The notes: generated by a model from the letters alone, not told the origin. A stretch of 20,423 nucleotides of DNA from Gemmatimonadota bacterium (GCA_040905425.1 JBBDRO010000017.1:1-20423), one strand, 5' to 3'; positions 1 through 8,953 are shown, counted from the stretch's first letter. Numbers and translations are program-made.

Positions 1-10
1 CTGTTGACCG

Positions 11-2752
11 CTATTCCGCCCTCAGCGCACGTATCGGGTTCACCCGGGTGGCGCGCCAGGCCGGCAGCCAGCTGGCCAGGGCGCCCACCACCAGCAGGGT
101 GGCCGCGGCGGTGGCCAGGACCCACGGGTCGGCGGGCACCACGCCCCAGAGCCGGTTGGCCAGCAGCCGGCCCACGGCGTAGGCCACACCCAGACCGGCC
201 AGGATGCCGAGGCCGGTGCGCTTCAGCCCCTGGCGCAGGACCATCTCGCGGATCCCGCTCGCCCCCGCCCCCAGCGCCAGGCGGACACCGAACTCCCGGG
301 TCCGGGCCGCCACGCTGAAGGCCATGACGGCGTACAGGCCCACGCCCGCGAGCAGCACGGCCAGCGCGGCGAAGAGGGTGGTGAGCCGGGCCAGCATGCG
401 GTCCTCGGCCAGGGATGTAGACACCCTCTCCTCGAGCGTCATCACGTCATAGGCGGGGAGCGCGGGATCCACGCGGGCCACGGCGTCCGGCAGCCTGCGC
501 ACCAGCGTTGCCGCGCTCCCTCCGCCGCGGGCGTAGATGGTGCCCCAACTGGGGGTCCACTGCTGGCCCATCGGTTCCAGGACGAGCGCCCGCTCCTTGT
601 CCTTGGCCGAGTGCGCGCGCACGTCCTCCACGATGCCCACGATCCGGAAGATTCCCTCCCGGAACGTGAGCTCCACTTCCATGCCCAGCGCGTTCCCCCC
701 GGGGGCCAGCCGTTGCGCCACGCCACGGCTCACGAGGAGGACGTTCCGCGGGGGATCCGCCATGACCTCCGCGGGCAGAAAATCGCGACCGGCCAGCAGA
801 TCGATGCCGAGCGCTGCAATGTAGCCCTCGCTCACCTGGTTGATGTTCGCGTCCGCGCCTCCCTCACCTGCGGGCGTGCCGGCAGGTCGGACGCGGGTGT
901 CTCCCCGCTGGTTGCCATGCAGAGCCGCGCCCGCGAAGCCCGCCCCTTGCACGCCCGGCGCCGCCCGCACACTGGCCAGGAGATCGCGCCAGAGACCGGG
1001 CAGCGCTGCCGATCCGTAGCCCTGCGTCCGCGGATCCAGGGTCATCTCCGCAACCCCTGCCGGCTCGAAGCCCAGCTCCATGTCCCCCAGCGCGCGGAGT
1101 GAGTCCAGGAGGAGGCCGGCTCCCGCCAGCAGCCCCATGGAGAGCGCTACCTGCACCACTACGAGGGCCCCACGGAGGCGGCCATCCCCGCCGACCGTAC
1201 GGGTGCCGCTCCGGAGGGAACCGTCGGTGGCGCGCGCGGCGAGCAGGGCCGGGACCACCGAGAAGAGGATGCCGGTAAGCAGCGCGGTGCCGGCGGCGAA
1301 CGCCAGCACCCGCCCGTCCAGCGTCACGCCCTCCAGTGGCGGCAGGTTGCGCCCCAGCCGCTGGCCGTGGAAAACGGCCAGGAAGGTCCCCGCCAGACCC
1401 ACCCCCACCATGCCCGCCGTTGCACCCAGCACCATGCCCTCCGTCACGAGTTGGCGGACGAGGTGCCCGCGGCCCGCGCCGATGGCGCGCCGTACCGCCA
1501 GTTCATGACGGCGGGCGTGCCCGCGGGCCAGCACCAGGTTGGCGGCGTTGGCCACCGCCAGCACCAGGAGGAGCACGACCACGCCGCCCAGCACCGCCAG
1601 CATCCCCGTGATCCGCTCCTTCACCCAGGGCGTCAAACCCATCCCGACGGTCACCACCGGAACGAATTGCTCCAGCCGGCTGGCGCCTGGATTGGCCTCC
1701 ACCAGGGCCCTGCGGGCCGCGCGGAGCTGCGCTTCGGCGGCGGACGGGGACGCCCCCGGCTTCAGCCGCCCGTACAGGTTCAGGTAGAAGCCGTGATTCC
1801 GGTTGGTGAGGAGCGTCTCGTTCGCCCCGGCACCCACGGTGGCCCAGCCCTGCGTGGCTACCCAGGCGTCCACGTTGCTCATGGGATAGCTGGCGCCACG
1901 GAATTCCCGTGGAGCCACACCGACCACCGTGAACGAATGGCCATTGAATTCCAGCGTGCTGCCGATTACGCTCGGGGCGCCGCCGAAGGCCTCCTGCCAG
2001 TAGCGGTGCCCCAGCATCACGATGCGCGGGTCCTCCCCGGGGAGCGGGTCGGGGGTCCGTCCCAGGACGGGGGAGACCCCGAGGACCTGGAAATAGCCGG
2101 GCATGGCCACTTCCACCCCGCGCCGCTCGGGCGCGCCACCGCCCGGCGCCACCACGTGCGCCTGATTGATGGCCGATGCGGTGAGTCCATCCACGGCGGG
2201 CGCCGGCACGGAGGTCAGCTCGCTGGCGTCGGCATGGGAGATGAACGCGAAGCCCAGGCCCTGGCCCGCCGTCTCCTCCCGCTCGAAGCGCACCGTGAAG
2301 AGCTCCTCCGGCCCGCCCACGCCGGGCAGCGGACGCAGGAGGGCCCATTCCGCCACGCTGAAGATGGCCGTGGTGGCGCCGATTCCCAGGGCCAGCGTCA
2401 GGACCACCGCCGCCGCGAAGCCGGGCAGGCGCCGCAGGTTGCGCACGCCCACCCGCGCGTTCCGCCAGAGCCCGCCCAACCAGTCACGGCGCCGCGCCCG
2501 CCGCACCTGGCTTTCCGCCAGCCGCCGCACCTCCCCCTCCACCCGCGCCCGGTCGCCGAAGCGCCGCTCCGCCTCCCGTCGCGCCTCCGCCTGCGTCATC
2601 CCCGCGCGCAGGTTGTCCCGGATGCGCATCTGGATGTGGAAATCCACCTCGTCGTGCACATCGTCATCCACATTCCGGCCCGCCCACCCGGGCAGCCGGT
2701 CCCACAGGCCGCGCCCCTTCGGCCGCTTTCCGGACTGCCGCGGCCCCGTCAT
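11..2752 (-). CDS. ADOP-family duplicated ABC permease (MacB_PCD+FtsX x2) with N-terminal permease-prefix/HAAS-like domain, 913 aa (permease 1)
   Basis: Motifs LALGIGATTAIFSV, ANAANLVLARGHARRHELAVRRAIGA..RQLVTE, QVALSMGLLAGAGLL, RTREFGVRLALGA, PAWRATRVNPIRALRAE. N-terminus DEVDFHIQMR..GMTQAEARREAERRFG. Start moved from the ORF-track 3124 to ATG 2752, which overlaps the padR stop (ATGA). Confidence 0.93.
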   Translation of the reverse strand: MTGPRQSGKRPKGRGLWDRLPGWAGRNVDDDVHDEVDFHIQMRIRDNLRAGMTQAEARREAERRFGDRARVEGEVRRLAESQVRRARRRDWLGGLWRNARVGVRNLRRLPGFAAAVVLTLALGIGATTAIFSVAEWALLRPLPGVGGPEELFTVRFEREETAGQGLGFAFISHADASELTSVPAPAVDGLTASAINQAHVVAPGGGAPERRGVEVAMPGYFQVLGVSPVLGRTPDPLPGEDPRIVMLGHRYWQEAFGGAPSVIGSTLEFNGHSFTVVGVAPREFRGASYPMSNVDAWVATQGWATVGAGANETLLTNRNHGFYLNLYGRLKPGASPSAAEAQLRAARRALVEANPGASRLEQFVPVVTVGMGLTPWVKERITGMLAVLGGVVVLLLVLAVANAANLVLARGHARRHELAVRRAIGAGRGHLVRQLVTEGMVLGATAGMVGVGLAGTFLAVFHGQRLGRNLPPLEGVTLDGRVLAFAAGTALLTGILFSVVPALLAARATDGSLRSGTRTVGGDGRLRGALVVVQVALSMGLLAGAGLLLDSLRALGDMELGFEPAGVAEMTLDPRTQGYGSAALPGLWRDLLASVRAAPGVQGAGFAGAALHGNQRGDTRVRPAGTPAGEGGADANINQVSEGYIAALGIDLLAGRDFLPAEVMADPPRNVLLVSRGVAQRLAPGGNALGMEVELTFREGIFRIVGIVEDVRAHSAKDKERALVLEPMGQQWTPSWGTIYARGGGSAATLVRRLPDAVARVDPALPAYDVMTLEERVSTSLAEDRMLARLTTLFAALAVLLAGVGLYAVMAFSVAARTREFGVRLALGAGASGIREMVLRQGLKRTGLGILAGLGVAYAVGRLLANRLWGVVPADPWVLATAAATLLVVGALASWLPAWRATRVNPIRALRAE

Positions 2753-3087
2753 GCGCCCCCCTCCGCCGCCGCCACCCGGGACACGGCCGCCGCGAAGCGC
2801 GTCCAGTCCGCCTGCTGGCGTTTCACCTCCCGCTGGCCGGCGGCCGTGAGACGGTAGAACCTGGCCCGGCGATTGTTCTCGGATACGCCCCACTCGCTTT
2901 CCAGCAGCCCCTTCTTCTGCAGCCGGTGCAGCGCCGGGTAGAGGGAGCCCTCCTCCACGGCCAGCACGTCCTCCGTGGTGCGCTCGATCCATCGCGCCAC
3001 GCCGTAGCCGTGCATGGAGCCCCACGTGAGCGCTTTGAGGATGAGGAAGTCCAGGGTGCCGTGCAGGAGATCCAGGTCCTTGCCCAT
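2749..3087 (-). CDS. PadR-family transcriptional regulator, acidobacterial type (TIGR03433-like), 112 aa (PadR1)
   Basis: MGKDLDLLHGTLDFLILKAL..HGYGVARWI..EEGSLYPALHRL..ENNRRARFYRLT. Start chosen by family length; no clear SD, so the start is slightly uncertain. Confidence 0.93.
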   Translation of the reverse strand: MGKDLDLLHGTLDFLILKALTWGSMHGYGVARWIERTTEDVLAVEEGSLYPALHRLQKKGLLESEWGVSENNRRARFYRLTAAGQREVKRQQADWTRFAAAVSRVAAAEGGA

Positions 3088-3152
3088 GATGCATGCGGGG
3101 TTCGGGTAGGGATGGCGCCGGCAAGCGGTGGGAGGCCGCCCGGCAGCGTCTT

Positions 3153-3202
3153 CCATAGAGCGTCTATGGTAGGGTACAGCGGTTCCCATAGACGCGCAAG
3201 GG
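3153..3202 (-). promoter_or_regulatory. Putative sigma70 promoter of padR1 with two operator-like palindromes
   Basis: Minus strand TTGCGC (3194-3199), 17 bp, TACCCT (3171-3176). Perfect CCATAGA-N3-TCTATGG at 3153-3169 and degenerate CCATAGA-CGC-GCAAGGG at 3186-3202. Confidence 0.7.
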
Positions 3203-3236
3203 GAGCGCAACCGGGGGGGGAGTTGCGGTACCCCAC

Positions 3237-3254
3237 ACATCGATATATCAATGT
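3237..3254. promoter_or_regulatory. AT-rich near-palindrome upstream of padR2, candidate operator
   Basis: ACATCGATATATCAATGT: 18 bp with one mismatched pair, ~40 bp before the padR2 start in otherwise GC-rich DNA. Confidence 0.45.
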
Positions 3255-3295
3255 CTGGAGTAAGCGACGTCCCCACGCACCTCCAGGAGCGCCCC

Positions 3296-3634
3296 ATGCC
3301 GCCGCGCCACCTCCGCCTCACACCCACATTCTTCCATCTCCTGCTGTGCCTGGCCGAGGGGCCCAAGCACGGCTACGCCATGATGGGGGAGATCGAGGAG
3401 CGAACCGGGGGGAAGCTCTCCCTGGGCCCGAGTTCGCTGTACTACTCCCTGGGCCGCCTGGAGGACGCCGGGCTGATTGCCGAAACCTCGGTGGCCGCCG
3501 CGGACGACGAGGTCCACGGCGAGCGGCGCCGCTACTACCGGCTGGCACCCGCAGGCCGGCGGCGCCTCCGCGAGGAGGTGGCCGTGCTGGAGGGCGTCAT
3601 GGATCACGCGCGCGCCCGCCGCGTGCTGGGCTGA
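3296..3634 (+). CDS. PadR-family transcriptional regulator, 112 aa (PadR2)
   Basis: LTPTFFHLLLCLAEGPKHGYAMM..LGPSSLYYSLGRLEDAGLI..ERRRYYRLAPAGRRRL. SD AGGAG at 3285-3289 supports ATG 3296 over 3251. Confidence 0.92.
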   Translation: MPPRHLRLTPTFFHLLLCLAEGPKHGYAMMGEIEERTGGKLSLGPSSLYYSLGRLEDAGLIAETSVAAADDEVHGERRRYYRLAPAGRRRLREEVAVLEGVMDHARARRVLG

Positions 3635-3643
3635 GGAGGGACC

Positions 3644-6256
3644 ATGCGTGACCCGGCACACATCCGCCTGCTGCGCCTGCTGCTCCTGCTCTATCCCCCA
3701 TCCCTCCGGCGCCGCTCCGGCCGGGAGATCCTGGCCAGCGCTCGGCGCGCGGCTGCCGCGGGGCACGGCCGCCCGGCGGCCGTGCTGGCGGACGGCGTGC
3801 TCACCCTCGGGCGTGCCTGGGCCCGGGCCGTGATCGAGGCCTTCACGGAGGTGAGTCCCCGGCGCACGGCGTCCGCGTTGCACCGCGATGCCGTGCTCAC
3901 CCTGCGCGGGCTGGCGCGTCGCCCGCTGCAGGGCGCGGTCATCGTGCTCACGCTTGCGGTAGCGCTGGGGGCCAACGCCGCCATCTACACGGTGACCCAC
4001 GGGGTCCTGCTCGAGACGCTCCCCTACGAGGACATCGACCACGTCATGCGGGTGGAGGCGCCGCCGCTCCGCATGGTGGGAGGTGCCGATGGCCCGTACT
4101 GGCTCGTGGGGCAGGCGCTGGCGGAGCATCCCGGCGTGGCATCCGCGGCCACCTTCTACCGGGACGCCGCCGCTAATCTGGTCGAGGGAGCGGACGCCAG
4201 CCGGGTGCGCATCACGCAGGTGTCGGATGCCTTCTTCCAGGTACTGGGCGCACCCATGCTGCTGGGGCCCGGTATTCGCCCGGGTGACGACGCAGCGGAT
4301 CAGGCCGTACTGAGCTATCCCCTGTGGCAGCGCGCCTTCGGCGGCGAGCGGGATGTCATTGGCCGCACGCTGCGGCTCAACGGCCGGAGCTTCCGCGTGG
4401 CGGGCGTGGCCGTGCAGGGCGTGGACTTTCCGGCGGGCACGGAGCTGTGGCTCTCCGACCCGCCGATCGGTGAGTTCTTCGGCGGTGCGCTCGGGCCGGA
4501 TGTGGTGGCGCGGCTCCGGCCCGGCTACGGGAGCAGTGTCACGGACGCCATGCGGTCCTACGCGGCGTCGACCCGGGAGGAGGCTGGACCGGAGTACGCC
4601 GACCGCATACGCGATCCGGTGCTGATCCCGGTGCGGAGCGAGCTCATGCAGGACGTTCGCCTGCCGCTGCTGGTGCTCTCCGCCGCGGCCGCCGCGCTCC
4701 TGCTGCTGGGGTGCGTGAACGTGGCGGGCGTGTCGCTGGCCCGGCTCTCCGTGCGCCGTGGCGAGCTGGCCATGCGGCGGGCGCTGGGTGCCAGTGGCGG
4801 GCGCATCTTCGGGCAGCTCATGGCGGAGCTGGGCGTGTTGGCGCTGGTGGCCGGCACGCTGAGCGTGCTGCTGGCGGCGGCCATGGTGCCGCTGCTGGTG
4901 GCGCTCCTGCCGGCCGCCACGCCGCGCCTGGACCAGATCCGGCCGGGCTTGTGGACGCTGGCCTTCACGGCCGCGGCCACCTGCGCGGCCGCGCTCCTGG
5001 CGGGCCTGCCCGCCGCCATCGCGGCCGCCCGGGGCGCGCGGAGCGCACCGCATCCCGACCGCGTGCGCCCGGACGACGTGGGCGGGTTGCGCTTCCAGGG
5101 GGTCCTGACCGGCGCGCAGGTGGCGCTGGCCGTGGCCCTCGTGGTGGTCGCCTCCCTGCTGGGCCGGAGCCTGGCCGAGCTGCGCGCCGTGCCGCTGGGC
5201 TACGACACGCGGGGCGTGCTCACGTTCCAGGTGCGGTTGCCGGACACCGCCTACCCCGACGGCGCCTCGCGCCAGACGTATGTCGAGACCGTGCGCGCAC
5301 GCCTGGCGGCGCTTCCGGGCGTGGCGGCCGTGGGCGTCACGGACCGGCTGCCGCTCGCCGACGGCATGGGCATCGGCGGCCGGGTATGGCGCGCTGAGGC
5401 CGCCGCAGACACCGAAACGGGCATGACTCAGCTGGCGGTGAACGCCGGCTTCTTCGACGCCATGGGGATCGACCTGGTGGAGGGCAGGGCGTTTCAGCCC
5501 GGCGACGAGGAGAGCGGTGCGGTCATCGTGGCGCGCGAGCTGGCCCGCACGCTCTTCGGGGAGACGTCGGCGGTCGGCCAGAGGCTGGCCGTGCGCAGCT
5601 TCCGGACGCCGGAAAGCGTGCACGTGGTGGGCGTGGCCGGGGACGTTCGCCTGAGCGGCATGGACACGGAAGGCCACGCTCCGGTGATGTACGAGCCGCT
5701 TGCGGCGGCGCGCATAAGCTGGCCAGCGTTCGCCGTTCGCACCGCCGGTCCGCCCACCCGCCTGGCGCCGGAGGTGCGGGCCATCCTGGCGCAGATCGAC
5801 CCGGCGGTACCGCCCTTCGACATCCGCACCACCGGGGACGCCGTGGCCGAATTGCTGGCGGCCCGCCGCGCAGTGGCGCTCCTGGCGGCGCTCTTCGGTG
5901 CGGCGGCGCTGCTACTGGCCGCGCTGGCCGTCTACGGCCTGCAGGCGCAGGGCGTGGCACGCCGCCAGCGGGAGCTCGGCATCCGCCTGGCACTCGGCGC
6001 CACCGCGGGTCAGATCCAGCGTTTCGTGGTTGCCAGGGGACTGGCCTGGACGGCGCTGGGCACGGTTGCTGGGCTGCTGCTCGGTCTGGGCGCCGCGCGG
6101 CTCCTGGAGGGGCTCCTCTTCGGCGTTGCGCCCCGCGACCCGCGCCACTTCGCCGCCGCCGCGCTCGCGGTATTCCTGGCGGCCGCGTTCGCCTCGTGGC
6201 TGCCGGCGCGGCGTGCGGGGCGAACCGATCCGCTGGGCACACTTCGCGGGGAGTAG
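3644..6256 (+). CDS. ADOP-family duplicated ABC permease, 870 aa, with LLLLLYPPSLRRRSGREI-type N-terminal prefix (permease 2)
   Basis: SD GAGGAGG before the ATG. Motifs LALGANAAIYTV-like TM1 (VALGANAAIYTV), GCVNVAGVSLAR..RRGELAMRRALGA, QVALAVALVV, RQRELGIRLALGA, PARRAGRTDPLGTLRGE. Confidence 0.93.
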   Translation: MRDPAHIRLLRLLLLLYPPSLRRRSGREILASARRAAAAGHGRPAAVLADGVLTLGRAWARAVIEAFTEVSPRRTASALHRDAVLTLRGLARRPLQGAVIVLTLAVALGANAAIYTVTHGVLLETLPYEDIDHVMRVEAPPLRMVGGADGPYWLVGQALAEHPGVASAATFYRDAAANLVEGADASRVRITQVSDAFFQVLGAPMLLGPGIRPGDDAADQAVLSYPLWQRAFGGERDVIGRTLRLNGRSFRVAGVAVQGVDFPAGTELWLSDPPIGEFFGGALGPDVVARLRPGYGSSVTDAMRSYAASTREEAGPEYADRIRDPVLIPVRSELMQDVRLPLLVLSAAAAALLLLGCVNVAGVSLARLSVRRGELAMRRALGASGGRIFGQLMAELGVLALVAGTLSVLLAAAMVPLLVALLPAATPRLDQIRPGLWTLAFTAAATCAAALLAGLPAAIAAARGARSAPHPDRVRPDDVGGLRFQGVLTGAQVALAVALVVVASLLGRSLAELRAVPLGYDTRGVLTFQVRLPDTAYPDGASRQTYVETVRARLAALPGVAAVGVTDRLPLADGMGIGGRVWRAEAAADTETGMTQLAVNAGFFDAMGIDLVEGRAFQPGDEESGAVIVARELARTLFGETSAVGQRLAVRSFRTPESVHVVGVAGDVRLSGMDTEGHAPVMYEPLAAARISWPAFAVRTAGPPTRLAPEVRAILAQIDPAVPPFDIRTTGDAVAELLAARRAVALLAALFGAAALLLAALAVYGLQAQGVARRQRELGIRLALGATAGQIQRFVVARGLAWTALGTVAGLLLGLGAARLLEGLLFGVAPRDPRHFAAAALAVFLAAAFASWLPARRAGRTDPLGTLRGE

Positions 6257-6278
6257 GGCTGCATGTCCGGAGCATCGA

Positions 6279-7469
6279 TCACTGCTCCGGACGCGGTTGC
6301 GCCGCGATCCGAAACACCTCCAACTCATCGACGTGGGGTGCGTACTCGGGATCGTTCCTGCCAGCCGCAAACCGCTCGCGGAAGCGGGCATGATAACCGG
6401 CGGCCGCGGCCGCATTGCCCATTGCCTCTGCCGCGCTCGCGGCAATGCCCAGATTCAGGAGATTATCCGGATCGCGGATGAGCGCCTCTTCTGCGTACAG
6501 GCGCGCATGCTCTGCGGCACCGTCGATCATCAGCAGATGCGCGATGTGATAGCGGGCGTGCGGGTTGAGCGCGTGGGTCTCCACCCGCTGGTAGGCCACG
6601 GCGGCGGCCGCGCGCAGCGTTGCGGCACGGGCGGTGTCCTGCGCATCTGCGGCGATCGCCTCGCGGTAGAGCGCATGCGCGCGGCCCAGCGCATCGCCGG
6701 GCGAATCGCCGCGCACATCCGCCACGATGAGCAGAGCGAACACCACCACGACCAGGTAGACGAACACGGCGGTTCCGGCCGCCACCGCCGTGCGGAGGGC
6801 GCTCGTCCGGAAGAAGTTCCGGGCGCCATAGAACAGCCAGACCACCAGTGCGATCATCGGCACTGCGTCCAGGTTGTTCCAGGGATCCGGCAGGCGGTCG
6901 AGCGACAGCACGAGCACCATGGCAAGAAACCCCACCGCGTGCGCGTGCAGTGCAAAAACGAGATGCTCGAGGTACAGCAGGCCTGAGCCGCGCAACAGCA
7001 GGCGCGTAAAGCCCGCGAACAGCGGGACGAGCGCGAAGAGGACGGCTGCCCCGTAATTCTGCACACCCTCGCCGAGTGTCATGCTGCTGGCGATCGCACG
7101 GACCTGGACATCGGCGTTCGCCGCCTCCGGAATCCCGGCTGACGGGTCGTCGGGCAGGAGGGCCGGCAATGCGAACATCAGCACCGATGCCAGCAGGTAA
7201 AGACGCACCGGCGCGGTCCAGCGCGCGCGCCGGCCGTCCACCCATTCGCGCGCGACCAGTCCCGGTCGCAGCAGCAGCGCGCGCAGCGTGCGCGGCAGCC
7301 GCGCCTCCCACGAGAACACATCGTCGGCCAACTCGATCAGCCAGTCCCGCAGTGTCAGACGTGACGTAACTTGACGCTGGCCACAGTCCGCGCAGTAGAC
7401 GCCGACATCGGTAGCGTTGCAGTTCGGACAGCGGACGGCGGACGGCGCCGATTCGATTGTGATGGCCAT
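6279..7469 (-). CDS. DUF3667-domain membrane protein with N-terminal Zn ribbon and helical (TPR-like) C-terminus, 396 aa
   Basis: CPNC..YCADCGQ followed by RLPRTLRALLLRPG..W.DGRRARWTAPVRLYL, typical of DUF3667. Several hydrophobic segments including YLEHLVFALHAHA. C-terminus AEEALIRDPDNLLNLGIAA is TPR-like. Start at ATG 7469 is inferred. Confidence 0.82.
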   Translation of the reverse strand: MAITIESAPSAVRCPNCNATDVGVYCADCGQRQVTSRLTLRDWLIELADDVFSWEARLPRTLRALLLRPGLVAREWVDGRRARWTAPVRLYLLASVLMFALPALLPDDPSAGIPEAANADVQVRAIASSMTLGEGVQNYGAAVLFALVPLFAGFTRLLLRGSGLLYLEHLVFALHAHAVGFLAMVLVLSLDRLPDPWNNLDAVPMIALVVWLFYGARNFFRTSALRTAVAAGTAVFVYLVVVVFALLIVADVRGDSPGDALGRAHALYREAIAADAQDTARAATLRAAAAVAYQRVETHALNPHARYHIAHLLMIDGAAEHARLYAEEALIRDPDNLLNLGIAASAAEAMGNAAAAAGYHARFRERFAAGRNDPEYAPHVDELEVFRIAAQPRPEQ

Positions 7470-7555
7470 GACCGCAAGATTGGATCGAAAGGCCCGCGTG
7501 TAAACAGGAATGAGTGTTACGGGGAGCAATCTTCGAACTGCGGGCCTGTGGATTT

Positions 7556-7621
7556 AGCAGCGGCCGCGGCAGCGCCGAGGACCAGCGCCACGGCGGCGAA
7601 CGTGACGGGATCCGTGGGTCT
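7556..7621 (-). pseudogene. Fragment of the last TM segment of an ADOP/MacB permease
   Basis: Translates RPTDPVTFAAVALVLGAAAAAA, matching intact permease tails in this window (ATDPLVFAAVAGSL.., PDDPLTFAFITALLAA..). Lacks the rest of the gene and the PARRA motif. Confidence 0.6.
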
Positions 7622-7655
7622 GTAAGTGACGCCCCCCCAATACTTCCTCCGCGCC

Positions 7656-8348
7656 TCAACCGTGCGCGGCGGGCGCCTCCTCCTCCTCGGGCTGCATCCA
7701 GCCGTCCAGCAACTCCACCACCCGGTTGCCGTAGGATGCGTTCTCCTCCGAGTGGGTCACCTGGATGATGGTGGTGCCGTCATCATTGAGCTGCTTGAAC
7801 AGCTCCATGATCTCCCGCCCCTGCGCCGAGTGCAGGTTGCCCGTGGGCTCGTCGGCCAGGATGAGCTTGGGGTTGGCCGCCACGGCCCGCGCCACGCCCA
7901 CGAGTTGCTGCTGTCCGCCCGAGAGCTGGCTGGGGAAGAGGTCCTTCTTGCCGACGATGTTGAAGCGGTCGAGGATGTCGGCCACCGTGGCCGCGCGCTC
8001 CCCGCGGGGGACGTTCCGGTAGGAGAGGGGGATCTCCAGATTCTCGTAGACCGTCAGATTGTCCAGCAGGTGGTACTGTTGGAAGACGAAGCCGATGTAG
8101 CTCTTGTTCAGCTCGGCGCGCTGCTTCTGTCTCATGCGATGGACGGGCTGGTCCAGGAACCAGAACTCACCGCCCCAGTCGGCGTCCAGCATACCAAGGA
8201 TGCCCAGGAGTGTGGACTTGCCGGCGCCGGAGGGCCCCATCACCGTCACGAAGTCGCCCTGCTTCACATGCAGGTCGATGCGGCGCAGCAGGTAGAGCTT
8301 GCCGGCCTTCGTGTCGATGGCCTTCTCGAGGTTGCGGAGCTTCAACAT
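7656..8348 (-). CDS. ABC transporter ATP-binding protein, MacB/LolD/FtsE family, 230 aa
   Basis: Walker A GPSGAGKST, Q-loop FVFQQYHLL, signature LSGGQQQ, Walker B ILADEPTGNL, H-loop VTH. SD GAGGA upstream of ATG 8348. Confidence 0.96.
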   Translation of the reverse strand: MLKLRNLEKAIDTKAGKLYLLRRIDLHVKQGDFVTVMGPSGAGKSTLLGILGMLDADWGGEFWFLDQPVHRMRQKQRAELNKSYIGFVFQQYHLLDNLTVYENLEIPLSYRNVPRGERAATVADILDRFNIVGKKDLFPSQLSGGQQQLVGVARAVAANPKLILADEPTGNLHSAQGREIMELFKQLNDDGTTIIQVTHSEENASYGNRVVELLDGWMQPEEEEAPAAHG

Positions 8349-8402
8349 GCGGCGGTTCCTCGCGGTGGTCTCGGGTTCGTGCGGCCGGGTGGCCACGCCT
8401 TG

Positions 8403-8431
8403 ACGATGGGGGACTGCACGGCCGGTGTAAA
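8403..8431 (-). promoter_or_regulatory. Putative sigma70 promoter of the ABC ATPase
   Basis: Minus strand TTTACA (8426-8431), 17 bp, CATCGT (8403-8408). Confidence 0.45.
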
Positions 8432-8521
8432 GTGCTTCCTTCCTGAACGCTGCCTCCGGGGATGGTCCCCGAATCTTTGCCGGGGGCTTGTCGGCATCGG
8501 TTTCTCGCGCGATCGTAGGTT

Positions 8522-8953
8522 GTGGACTCCTTTCTGCTCTTCCCGCTCTACGTGCTGGCCGTGCTCATGGCCGGCTTGGCCTCCGTACTCATGGTGCGTT
8601 GGGTGCTTGCGCGCCGCCGCGCCCAGCGACGGGTGGTGGAGCGGCCCAATTCCCACTACACCTCCGAGGGTGTGCGGCGCAACGAGACGCGCAGCCGCTG
8701 GCACGCCATCGATCGTGCGCGGCTCCACGAAATCAACCGCGGAGAGGTGGAGCGCCTGCTCGCCCGCGTGGACGCGGCGGGTCCGGAGTCACTGCGTGCG
8801 GACGAGCGCCGCTTCCTGGATTACCTGGTCGAACTCACCGGTGGGGCGCCGGACGACGCCGCCGGGAGCGATGCGGCGGGGCCCCGCGATCCGCCCCGGG
8901 GCACCGGCGGCGCCTCCGGTGCGCGCGCCCTGCCGGACTCAGGGGGCGGCTAG
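8522..8953 (+). CDS. Small single-TM protein with DUF6576-like (rhomboid C-terminal-like) domain, 143 aa
   Basis: Hydrophobic N-terminus followed by a basic cluster (RRRAQRR). RLHEINRGEVERLLARVDAAGPESLRADERRFLD resembles the DUF6576 tail seen on some rhomboid proteases. GTG start is uncertain. Confidence 0.7.
   Translation: MDSFLLFPLYVLAVLMAGLASVLMVRWVLARRRAQRRVVERPNSHYTSEGVRRNETRSRWHAIDRARLHEINRGEVERLLARVDAAGPESLRADERRFLDYLVELTGGAPDDAAGSDAAGPRDPPRGTGGASGARALPDSGGG

Noticed and set aside
2753..3124. N-terminal extension of permease 1 (1037-aa ORF-track call)
   Set aside because: It is an alternate frame over padR1; permease similarity begins at ATG 2752.
3248..5677. 809-aa antisense ORF, and similar ones at 1367-2857, 7626-9011, 10121-11404, 13105-14388 and 17205-18299
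   Set aside because: Shadow ORFs opposite well-supported genes, expected in high-GC DNA; no recognisable motifs.
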